Below the pieces are notes generated by a model. The model was not told where the DNA came from. It saw only the letters and a list, made by a program, of their open reading frames with translations, and did not search any database. Below are positions 1-10,398 of a stretch of DNA of 32,903 bases, piece after piece. The stretch is from Octopus sinensis (lineage: Eukaryota): NCBI RefSeq assembly GCF_006345805.1, contig NW_021832773.1, forward strand, positions 1 to 32,903. The letters are read 5' to 3'. The stretch's first letter is position 1, and each line of letters opens with the position of its first letter. The position numbers were made by a program, and so were the translations under genes.

Positions 1-412
1 CATGTCGTACATTCGACTTCAATAAACATTCTCTGACATCTTTAGATCGTCTCGTTCTTAATTTATTCCATCTTAAATTATTTATTTTGGAAGTTATGTC
101 TGAGACAGTAGCAAGCATGTCTGTGTGGCTACAAAAAAAAACGTCGGACTTTGCAACAACATTCTTTTCTTCTTTCAATGGTTCCAGTGGTAGGACTGCG
201 GCCACGCTGGAGCACCGCCTTAATCTATTTTCGTTCGGTTCTATTGACGCTTTATGGCTGGAAGTTGGTCTTTGATTGAGTTTGTAGCAGTTGATCCCCT
301 TCGAGGGTATCCTTGAATGGTCAACTGGTCCGCTGCCGTCGATACGAGTTTAGCCAATGCCTTTTTTTTTTTTCTAAAGCTCCAGTAGAAGCCCCTTTTT
401 CTTATTTCTTTC

Positions 413-583
413 GGCTTAGGAGTGGCTGTGTGGTAAGTAGCTTGCTTACGAGCCACATGGTTCCGGGTTCGGTCTCACTGCGTGGCATCTTGGGCGAGTG
501 TCTTCTACTATAGCCTCGGGCCGACCAAAGCCTTGTGAGTGGATTTGGTAGACGGAAACTGAAAGAAGCCCGTCGTATATATG

Positions 584-674
<91 letters not shown>

Positions 675-875
675 GTGTGTCTGTGTTTGTCCCCCTAGCA
701 TGCTTGACAACCGATGCTGGTGTGTTACGTCCCCGTCACCTAGCGGTCGGCAAAAAAGAGACTGATAGAATAAGTACTGGGGCTTAAAGAATAAGTATCG
801 GGGTCGATTTGCTCGACTAAAAGGCGGTGCTCCAGCATGGCCGCAGTCAAATGACTGAAACAAGTAAAAGAGAGA
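413..875 (+). mobile_element. tRNA-derived SINE, family A, full length with internal (TA)n(TG)n tract
   Basis: Head ggagtggctgtgtggtaag (A-box-like) and ggttcggtctc (B-box-like); tail ggcggtgctccagcatggccgcagtcaaatgactgaaacaagtaaaag. Closely similar copies at 17365 and 28259. Confidence 0.85.
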
Positions 876-904
876 GAGAGAGACAATTAAACCATTGAGG
901 ACCT

Positions 905-1250
905 CTAATTTTCAGTTCAGTCTCACAGAGCGCCACCTTGGGCAAATGTCCTTTACTATGACTCTGGGCCGAGCAATGCCTTGTGAATGGATTTGGTAGA
1001 TGGAAACTGTATGGAAGCCTGCCGTGTGTGTGTGTTCTTTGTGTTTGTGTCTGTGTATCACCACTTTCACCGCTGGCGTTGGTTTGTTTAAGTACCTGTA
1101 ACATAGCGGTTCGGCACAAGGGTTCGATAGAATATAGACCAGACTTAAATAAAAAAAACAACGTACAAGGGTCGATTTGTTCGACTTATTCCTTTCACGG
1201 CGGTGCCCCAGCATGGCCGCCGTCTACAAAATGAAACAACAACAACAACA
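905..1250 (+). mobile_element. Diverged second family-A-like SINE copy
   Basis: Shares caccttgggcaaatgtc, ggatttggtagatggaaactg, a central (TG)n and ggtgccccagcatggccgc with the adjacent copy; head degraded. Confidence 0.7.
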
Positions 1251-1296
1251 TGCAGGTGATGAAATCTGATTCTATTTTCTTTTGTTCTTTCTTCAG

Positions 1297-1344
1297 ATCC
1301 TTACAAATTCTTCCGGCAAATCTCGAATCGACTTTGTAACACAG
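1297..1344 (+). CDS. erg/fli1: Internal 48-nt coding exon of ERG/FLI1-like ETS gene: (D)PYKFFRQISNRLCNT(G)
   Basis: Polypyrimidine tract plus ttcag acceptor ending at 1296; donor G|gtaagg at 1345. Phase 1 at both ends. Translation resembles vertebrate ERG/FLI1 DPYQILGPTSSRLANPG and joins in frame to [15 protein letters not shown] of the next exon. Confidence 0.88.
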
Positions 1345-1423
1345 GTAAGGGAACTGGTGCTCCACCGCCTTTCTTTCTATGCTTTACTTTAATATATGTG
1401 TGTGTATGTATGTGTGTGCACGC

Positions 1424-1874
1424 CTGAGTTCAAATTCCGTCGAGGTCGACTTTGCCTTTCATCCTTTCGGGGTCGATTAAATAAGTACCAGTTACGCACT
1501 GGCGTCGATGTAATCGTCTTAATCCCTTTGCCTGTCCTTGTTTGTCCTCTCTGTGTTTAGCCCCTTGTGGGTAGTAAAGAAATAGGCATTTCTTCTGCCG
1601 CTACGTTCTGAGTTCAAATTCTGCCGAGGTCGACTTTGCCTTTCATCCTTTCAGGGTCGATTAAATAAGTACCAGTTACGCACTGGGGTCGATGTAATCG
1701 ACTTAATCCCTTTGTCTGTCCTTGTTTGTTCTCTCTATGTTTAGCCCCTTGTGGGTAGTAAAGAAATAGGTATTTCGCCCGTCGCTACGTTCCGAGTTCA
1801 AGTACTGGGGTCGATGTGACCGACTACCCTCCTCCCCACAAATTAAAGATCTTGTGCCCAGAATAGAAGCATAC
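1424..1874 (+). mobile_element. SINE family B head-to-tail array (184-bp period) in the ETS-gene intron
   Basis: B-box motif (c)ygagttcaa recurs at 1424, 1608 and 1792. Unit contains gtcgactttgcctttcatcctttcggggtcgat. The third unit is internally deleted and ends in the normal family-B tail. Confidence 0.85.
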
Positions 1875-2135
1875 ATAGGTGCGTTCACACACATACAAAT
1901 GATCTTCCTCTCAAAAGTAGGAAATCTTTCTACGAAAGACGGATTTCCTTGAAAAGAATTCAATAAATCTAAACCTTACACTTTATCCGAGTGAATATGT
2001 TGTATAGCTTGAACGTGTGTGTGTGTGTGTGTGTGATACGAAACGATGTAACAAAATCCCTGCTGGCTATAATTTCTATAACACGTGATTTAAGTGCACT
2101 GCTAACACACAAGTAGACGGCATTGACTTATTCCA

Positions 2136-2386
2136 CCGAGGTCGACTTTGCCTTTCATCCTTTCGGGGTCGATTAAATAAGTACCAGTTACGCACTGGGG
2201 TCGATGTAATCGACTTAATCCTTTTGTCTGTCCTTGTTTGTCCTCTCTGTGTTTAGCCCCTTGTAGGTAGTAAAGAAATAGGTATTTCGCCCGTCGCTAC
2301 GTTCCGAGTTCAAGTACTGGGGTCGATGTGACCGACTACCCTCCTCCCCACAAATTAAAGATCTTGTGCCCAGAATAGAAGCATAC
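2136..2386 (+). repeat. 251-bp direct duplicate of 1624-1874 (family B SINE segment)
   Basis: Same sequence as 1624-1874 with about 5 substitutions in the 5' half; 3' ~110 bp identical, including the deletion junction gagttcaa|gtactgggg. Confidence 0.85.
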
Positions 2387-2499
2387 GTTTCCTATACTTC
2401 GTAGCATATTATGGTTGCACAACGCAACACCGTCTGCCTACAAGTCCTTAATTGTTTAATCTTTCTTATCTCAGCCTCTTTTCTTTTTCTATATTGCAG

Positions 2500-3032
2500 G
2501 AAGTGGCCAAATCCAGTTGTGGCAATTCCTCCTGGAGCTTCTCTCAGATAGTAACAATGCCAGCTGCATCACATGGGAAGGCACGAACGGGGAGTTCAAA
2601 CTGGTGGACCCGGACGAGGTGGCCCGGCGTTGGGGCGAGCGCAAGAGCAAACCCAACATGAACTACGACAAACTCAGCCGTGCCCTTCGCTATTATTACG
2701 ACAAGAACATCATGACAAAGGTACACGGCAAACGCTACGCTTACAAGTTCGACTTCGCTGGTCTGGCTCAGGCCATGCAGCCGTCAACGGCCGACCCCAC
2801 CAGCTACCGTTATCAACAGGACCTCTTTCTCACTGGATACACAAGCTCAAAAATGAACTTCATCAACGCCCATTCCGGTGTGCCACACTCGGCAGCTTCC
2901 GGTCTATTTGCCGCACCGGCTTCTTATTGGTCAACACCGAACGCCGCTAACATCTACCCCAACATCCAGAATCACATGGTTTCAAATCCGGCCGGTCACG
3001 TACCATCACATCTGGGCTCCTGTTACGCTTAA
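2500..3032 (+). CDS. erg/fli1: Terminal coding exon of ERG/FLI1-subfamily ETS transcription factor (ETS domain plus C-terminal region)
   Basis: Acceptor ttttctatattgcag ends at 2499. Reads (G)[16 protein letters not shown]...[42 protein letters not shown], then [16 protein letters not shown] and [11 protein letters not shown] matching the ERG/FLI1 C-terminus. TAA at 3030-3032. The ORF-track start at 2517 is a TTG (Leu), not the real start. Confidence 0.97.
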
Positions 3033-3054
3033 CAAAACACAAACAAAAAACAAA

Positions 3055-3085
3055 CAAATGATGATGATATTAATAATAATGATAA

Positions 3086-3149
<64 letters not shown>

Positions 3150-3644
3150 GTAAAATGATATTGATATTGAAAAATATAAAAAGTTTCAATGAATGGCATT
3201 GAATATCAAACGATTAATTCAATCTTTACTCACACACATACACACACACATACATACAGACATACACATATATATATGCACACACAACACACATATATAT
3301 ATACATATATATATGTATATATATATATATATGTATGTGTATTTATAGATATATGCATTCACATATATTTATTTATATATTACATGTACATATATACATA
3401 TATATATATATATATATACATATATAATATATATATATATGTATATATATATAATATATATAATATATATATATGTATGTATGTATCTATATATATATAT
3501 ATACGTACATACATATATATAAACATATATACATACATCCACACATACATTCCACACGCATACGTACATATATATATATATGTGTGTGTGTTTGTGTATA
3601 GATATATTCATGTGTACGCATAATTTCCTAATTGTAAAAAGAAT

Positions 3645-3724
<80 letters not shown>

Positions 3725-4602
3725 TAAACAAATCATAGATGTATGTCCGCACGTATGTGTGCGTGTGTGCGTGTGTATGTATATATATATATATATATAT
3801 ATAATATGCATGTATATATATATGTATATGTATATATATATAATGTTTATATATATGTGTGTATATATATATGTAAATATGTGTGTATATATATATATGT
3901 ATATATATGTATATATATGTATATATATGTGTATATATATGTGTATATATATATGTGTATATATATATGTGTGTGTATATATATATATGTATGCTTATAT
4001 ATGTATTTATATATATATATATGTATATGTATATGTATATATACACAGCAGTCGCTATACTTCATTCCACAACAGCTATCTCTAATGAGCACAGAGTTAC
4101 ATAATCAGAGTGCTACCTAACACTCCGTTGAACCCCTAGCGTGCGAAACCGATTGGTAAGATCGACCGTAATTGATATGTTATAATGTACACTTCGATTA
4201 ATATATATATATATATATGTGGGTGTATTTAATGTATATATATCTATGGATGCTTGTATGTACGTTCCTATGTATGTAGGTGTACACCCCTTCTACCCTG
4301 TATATTTTCTCTGCTCTATCATTGCAGTGTCAGCCTCAAGTTTCTCTAACTCGGAATAAATCAAATGATGTCTACCATATATAGACCTTTCCAATTCTCT
4401 CCGAAATTCTCTTTATGTATACACACGCAAATATAACACTCACACACCCTGAGAGACACGCATATACATACATATGTGTATATGCATGCACATAAACAAA
4501 CATACAAGTCATTATACAACCTCCACCAAATTTGTATAACATACATATATTATGCATGTACACATATATACATTTACACACACAAACGTACACATATATG
4601 CA

Positions 4603-4654
<52 letters not shown>

Positions 4655-4768
4655 ATATATATATCATAATATTATATACGGTTTCTTTCATATCGTCTAA
4701 ATAGCTTTGGAAAATGCAGTATTTGAAACTCTGAGGTCTATTATGACAACTTACTGATCGGCCTGTAT

Positions 4769-4838
<70 letters not shown>

Positions 4839-4840
4839 AG
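3055..4840. repeat. Compound microsatellite zone (ATT, TA, CA/TG, TATG) downstream of the ETS stop codon
   Basis: Direct reading; unique islands at about 4045-4200 and 4270-4420. Confidence 0.9.
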
Positions 4841-4904
4841 AGTAAGCACATAAATGCAAAACAAGGTGCGAAAAAAATAGTACTCGAATACCAGAGATAG
4901 GGTA

Positions 4905-5030
4905 ATATACTTTATGAAAAAAGCAGAAATATAACAAAATTGTTACTCAGAGTTCACGTTCCCGTTCGTCGGGAAGTGAAACTCTGAGTAACAATTTGTG
5001 ATATTTCTGCTGCTTTTTCATAAAGTATAT
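4905..5030. repeat. ~125-bp imperfect palindrome made of two inverted halves of a hammerhead-like motif
   Basis: Left arm atatactttatgaaaaaagcagaaatataacaaaattgttactcagagttcacgttcccg is the near reverse complement of right arm cgggaagtgaaactctgagtaacaatttgtgatatttctgctgctttttcataaagtatat. Confidence 0.8.
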
Positions 5031-5062
5031 ATATATATATATATATATATAGATATATATAT

Positions 5063-5097
<35 letters not shown>

Positions 5098-5233
5098 CAC
5101 ACGATATATATGAATATATATATATATATATATATAACGGGAAAGTTTACGAAAATAAACAAAAGACGAAGACAGATGGAGTACAAACAAACAAATGTAT
5201 TAGTATAGCGCTCAGGAATAGAAATAGAACAAG

Positions 5234-5271
5234 TCTTTTACGTTTCGAGCCTACGCTCTTCGACAGAAAGA
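5234..5271 (-). ncRNA. Minimal type-I hammerhead-ribozyme-like motif (Penelope-type), variant core
   Basis: Minus strand reads UCUUU CUGUCGA A GAGC-GUAG-GCUC GAAA CGUA AAAGA: stem I UCUUU/AAAGA, stem II GAGC/GCUC, palindromic ACGU stem III, GUA site. Core is CUGUCGA rather than CUGANGA. Confidence 0.6.
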
Positions 5272-5451
5272 TACACAGAAAAGAAACAAGGAGAGAAAAA
5301 AATGCGTGTGGGAGCTAACGATATATACATACACACACTCGTGGCATTTTTAGAGGCAATATAATATATATTTACGTATATATACACGTATATGAATATA
5401 TACATACACGTATATATATACGTGTATATATATATGTATATGTGTGTGTGA

Positions 5452-5493
<42 letters not shown>

Positions 5494-5754
5494 GAATATA
5501 GACATATATATATGAATATATATATGTGTGTGTGATGTGTGTAAGTATATACCGGTAGATGCCAATGCGTGACTCAGGGGGCAAGAGTTTCGTGTGTTAA
5601 CACTTTTAATTTCCAACGCACGAAACTCCTAGTCGTCACACAGTAACTTCAACCGTTTATGAATGAAAAATGCATATACATATATATACTCGTATTTGAA
5701 GTCCTATTTCCCTATTTACATCACGATATATATATTATATATATATATATATAT

Positions 5755-6253
5755 AATTCATAAATAAGGGCAAAAGAAAAAATTTCTAATGCCAAATATG
5801 TCGAAAAATTATATGGTTAATGGACAATATGTCCAATTTTTCGGCATATTTGGCATTAGAAATTTTTTCGTTTGCCCTTATCTATGAATTGTTTATAAAT
5901 TTAACCTCTAAAGGTATTTTTTAATATGCTGGCCATTGATAAAATTTATTTTTCGAAAAAAAATTTATCCTACATTAGATATATACACTTTATAAATAGG
6001 GTTCAGCAACGATTTGCTTCACTACATACCGAAGTTTAGAAATAGCAGTCAAAAAATCTTAGCTATTCCTTCTACTTTAAAAGGGGCTCCTTCTAAAAGG
6101 AGCTATTTCTAACTTCGGTATGTGGTGAAGCAAATCGTTGCTGAACCCTATTATAAAGTATTACTTAAGCTTACCACGAAATGACCTTTATGCCGAATCT
6201 GCTGGTGAAATTACTGATTACTTCTTAATTAATTAATTTTACCCTTTGGTTAT

Positions 6254-6255
<2 letters not shown>
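5755..6255. mobile_element. Fold-back repeat embedded in (TA)n, with two long hairpins (5755-5890 and 5987-6159)
   Basis: Hairpin 1 has ~55-bp arms with 3 mismatches; hairpin 2 has ~58-bp arms. (TA)n on both flanks. A partial inverted homologue lies at 16797-16993. Confidence 0.65.
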
Positions 6256-6289
<34 letters not shown>

Positions 6290-6457
6290 ATATATATGAA
6301 TTTGTAAGAACGTTATAAATTCTAAATATTTCGGAAATAGGCATATTTTCAAGAAATATATTTTCAACATGTTCGCTATCATCATTTCTCTTCCACATCG
6401 TCATAACTCTTTTGGCGTTTAGCTGTACATTTCCCTGGTATACGTTTAGTTATCGTA

Positions 6458-6632
6458 GACCGGAAGTCATCTACGAAAGGATGTTTATTTGACCGGAAGT
6501 CATGTACAGAAAGAGGTTTTTTCTCGAACAAGCAGCAGCAGTTATAGACCGTTCCCAATCAAATAACATTTGTTGACGTTTTAATGCTGCTGACGTCATT
6601 ATGTTGTTGACGTCATTATGTTGTTGACGTCA
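6458..6632. promoter_or_regulatory. Cluster of two ETS motifs and three CRE motifs
   Basis: GACCGGAAGTCAT at 6458-6470 and 6491-6503; TGACGTCA at 6591, 6608 and 6625 (17-bp period). Motif match only; function unknown. Confidence 0.3.
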
Positions 6633-6926
6633 TAAGGATTTTATAAGCTTTCGACAGAACGTAAGATAACTCTTTTTGGGGGACAGAGGATCCCGAAGCA
6701 AACCTAAAACCATAAATAATAGCATGTAAATATTGGGTTTTAAATAACGCTTGGAATAAAAGCATTTGAAGGTGGCTTGTGGAACTTGTTGGAACCCGCA
6801 CGTCCTATCGACATGACAGATGTTCTGCCATTTGACCAAAGTAATCTTTCGATTTACTCTACAAATTTATAAGCTTTAGAGAGAACGTGAAATAATTCTT
6901 TCTTTCGGAATATCTCTAGAAACGTT

Positions 6927-7344
6927 GGATCATTTCGGTTTGAACGGCAGTTTTTTCTATCGGTGTCATATGAAATTGTCACCCATGATTATTACCCTAG
7001 TATCGATCTATTGCATTTCAATCTGTTTTAGGGTTAGGTTTAGAGGTGGGGGAAAGGGTATCTTTTTTTCTTCAGAAATGTAAATAAACCCAATCTGTTT
7101 CTTAAACGAGGGACATATTCATACGGCACAGAATGTTTTTTACCTCAATGGATGTAATTGATTGGTTGAAATTGCAGAAATTGAAGAAAAAAACACAACA
7201 AATATCTTACAAACTATAGAATTTTCTCAATAAAGCCAAGAGAAAAAGATGTTTTATAAACACATTCTACCAAATACGAAGTTTGAAAGTGTTTAGTTAT
7301 GTGGAAATTATTTTTAAAAACTGCCGTTCAAACCGAAAAGATCC
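6927..7344. mobile_element. Non-autonomous TIR DNA transposon (MITE), 418 bp
   Basis: Terminal inverted repeats ggatcatttcggtttgaacggcagttttt / aaaaactgccgttcaaaccgaaaagatcc (~29 bp, 1 mismatch). No ORF; no clear TSD seen. Confidence 0.75.
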
Positions 7345-7789
7345 GAAAAGTTGAAGACTGCCAATGGGGCTCGGTAAAATGTCCATCATGTTTACAGAAG
7401 ATATAGTTTCAAATCCCACGAGGAGTCATCGACATTTTCTATCCAATCGGCTTTTTTATTTTAACGCAATATTCACACGCTATACTGTATAGCTTTATCT
7501 GCTTCGAGATCCTTTTTTAAGTTTAAGCATTTTTTTTTGTAAATTAATGAATAAATTTTGATAAACGATTTTTTTTTTAAATAATGATCAAATAGTTTTA
7601 TAATGGTCGATACTTGTTTGTCTCGAATTTAATCTTTCATGTATTTTAGGGAGGAAGTCTGTATCGGGTTTGTGCACGCATATACGTATTTATATATGTG
7701 TATGTATGTGTGCGTGTGCATATATGTGCGTGTGAGTGCGCGTTGGTGCGTGTACATATGTGAGGTGTGTATGTGTGTATGTATATCAA

Positions 7790-8108
7790 TGTACATTTGC
7801 ATATATATATATATATATATAAGTATATATATATATATATATATATTATAGTATATATATATATATATATATATATATAAGATATAATATATAAGAATAT
7901 ATAATATATATAAGTATATATTATATATAAGTATATATATATACTTATATATATATATATATAATATATATATATATATATAAGTATATATATATATACT
8001 TATATATATATATATAATATATATTATATAGTAAGTATAATATTAATATATATATATATATATATATATATAAGTATATATATATATATATATAAGAATA
8101 TATATTAT

Positions 8109-8152
<44 letters not shown>

Positions 8153-8180
8153 TAATATATATATATATATATATATACAA
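7790..8180. repeat. Interrupted (TA)n microsatellite
   Basis: Direct reading. Confidence 0.9.
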
Positions 8181-8332
8181 TTTATATCCGTCACATGGAA
8201 TTTTATTCTAAACATTTCTCTTGTCAGCGTAATTCACATTCCTTCCATTAATGGCAATGGTGGTGGTGATGATGATGGCGGAGATGACAATAATATTAAT
8301 AATTGTTGCGGAAGGATTGTAGAAGGATTCCC

Positions 8333-8410
8333 CCACGCCCACCCCATTGAGTAAAGGTGGACTGACTCATTGTTATAAAACAAAGAACTGTGAGCGATCG
8401 GCAGTTCGAG
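8333..8410 (+). promoter_or_regulatory. Candidate TATA/Inr core promoter with upstream Sp/KLF and AP-1 motifs
   Basis: CCACGCCC 8333-8340, TGACTCA 8363-8369, TATAAAA 8374-8380, Inr-like GCAGTT 8401-8406 (A at 8403, 29 nt from the first T of the TATA box), in a non-repetitive island. Confidence 0.35.
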
Positions 8411-8534
8411 TTGGTAGCAGTTCACTGTGAGCCGTTGATAGCGAGCGTTGAGTCTCGTGTAATAGTAACAGTAGTATGCCGTGTATATACTTTCTTTCCC
8501 CTGCTTCATTATACCATTCATCCAACATACAAGG

Positions 8535-8589
<55 letters not shown>

Positions 8590-8591
<2 letters not shown>

Positions 8592-8776
8592 CTATGGTTT
8601 TAAATTTTGGCTCATAGCAAGCAGTTTTAAGGTGAGTGTGTTAGTGGATGATATTGACCTCAGTATATGACAGATACTTTACTCTGTCGACCCTGAAAGG
8701 CTGAAAGACAAAGTCAACTTCGGTTAGATTCGGACTCAATGAAAAGAACCGACGCGAGAACGATTCTGCCAGCTCT
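8590..8776 (-). mobile_element. Diverged family B SINE, with its (TTA)n tail reading as (AAT)n at ~8537-8588
   Basis: Reverse complement of the 11783-11994 copy: head cgattctgccagctc, body tcgaccctgaaaggctgaaagacaaagtcaac, tail tttaaattttggc. Confidence 0.65.
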
Positions 8777-8894
8777 TTGGAGCTTAGACTGAAAGCAAGA
8801 AATTGGTGTGGAGGGTAATTACATCGACCCCAATACTTAACTGGTATTTTATTTTATTAATTCCGAGTTCAGGATGAATTGTGCGGCCATGTGC

Positions 8895-9480
8895 AGCCAC
8901 GAAAGACATGACAGTAACAGACACCACAAAGCTGGGGCCTTTTCCAACTGGAGGCCAGTACTACGAAATAACATTAAAAAGACGGTATTGACATATTCTC
9001 TGAGAGAATGGCAAAGGAACCATACTCTTGGATATGACAATGCATACCGACAGAGAGATAAAGGCTAACTAACCAGATAAGTGTTATCGATGTATCAGTC
9101 TCTCTGATTATGGATCTGTAAAAGAGATGGAAAGACTATCGAAATACAAAGATCTGGAAGTAGAGATAACCCGAATGGGAGAACCCGAAAATAGAAACAG
9201 CCCCTATAATAAATGATAAGTGGTTTGGGAATGATAACAGTGCATGCAGAAAACACATAACCCCGAGGTTATTCACGACCTACAGAAGATAGATATTCTA
9301 GATACTGTATACACATACATACACAACACATACAAATGTGTGTGTGTATGTGTTTATGGATATATTAATATAAATGATAGAACTTTCAAATACAATAAAA
9401 GAAATACAAAAACCGAAACAAGATTCGCAGCCAAGGAAAGGCATTCGGTTGTGAAGTGAAAAAAAATGACCACTGACCAT
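8895..9480 (+). mobile_element. Decayed 3' fragment of R4/Dong-clade LINE
   Basis: Broken frames give RHD, MHTDREIKAN*PD, IDVS and KEMERLSKYKDLEVEITRM. 3' UTR ccaagg...cggttgtgaagtgaaa matches the 3' UTR of the large copy; followed by (AAC/AAT)n. Confidence 0.7.
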
Positions 9481-9510
9481 GACGACGACAACAACAGCAA
9501 CAACAATAAC

Positions 9511-9569
<59 letters not shown>

Positions 9570-9672
9570 TAATTATAATAATAATATTAATGATGATGAT
9601 AATGATGATGATGATGATAACGATGATAATGATGATGATGATGATGATGATGATAATGATAATAATAATAAC

Positions 9673-9707
<35 letters not shown>

Positions 9708-9739
9708 TAATAATAATAATAATAATGATAAAGATAATG

Positions 9740-9771
<32 letters not shown>

Positions 9772-9867
9772 TATAATAATAATAATAATAATATTAATAA
9801 TAATGATAATAATAATAATAATAATTAATAATAATGATAATAATATAAAATAATAATTAAAATAATG

Positions 9868-9907
<40 letters not shown>

Positions 9908-10063
9908 TAAAGATAATAATAATATTAATATACTGATATAATAATAATAATAATGATAAAGATGATAATAATATTAATAATAATGATAATAATAATAATA
10001 ATAATATTAATAATAATGATAATAATAATAATAATAATAATAATAATATTAATAATAATGATG

Positions 10064-10110
<47 letters not shown>
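9480..10110. repeat. Long (AAT)n/(GAT)n trinucleotide tract
   Basis: Direct reading. Confidence 0.92.
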
Positions 10111-10111
<1 letters not shown>

Positions 10112-10326
10112 TATCTTAACTGGTACATCACACGTATTGAGAAGAGCATTGTCGATGTGAGAACTGTTGCTGCTCATGTATTTTAATATAACTTAACAAA
10201 AAAAATTTTTTTTAAATGAACGAACTATTGAGTTTGGTTTAATGGCCTACCAATGTATACTATGAGTTTCTTTGCCGGGAAGACACTCGGCAAGAAATGG
10301 AAGCAAATTTGAAAGAAGAAAAAAAA

Positions 10327-10397
<71 letters not shown>

Positions 10398-10398
10398 T

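Noticed and set aside
87-513. Short ORFs upstream of the first SINE as possible ETS exons
   Set aside because: No similarity to ERG/FLI1 PNT or linker regions and no convincing splice-site pair; partly SINE-derived (197-220 and 413 onward).
3189-5616. Many ORFs rich in YI/IY/CV/HT repeats (also 7639-7851, 12747-14075, 16316-19183)
   Set aside because: Translations of (TA)n, (TG)n and (CA)n microsatellites, which lack stops in some frames; no domain content.
7028-7042. TTAGGGTTAGG telomere-like motif
   Set aside because: Under two units, inside a MITE; not an interstitial telomere array.
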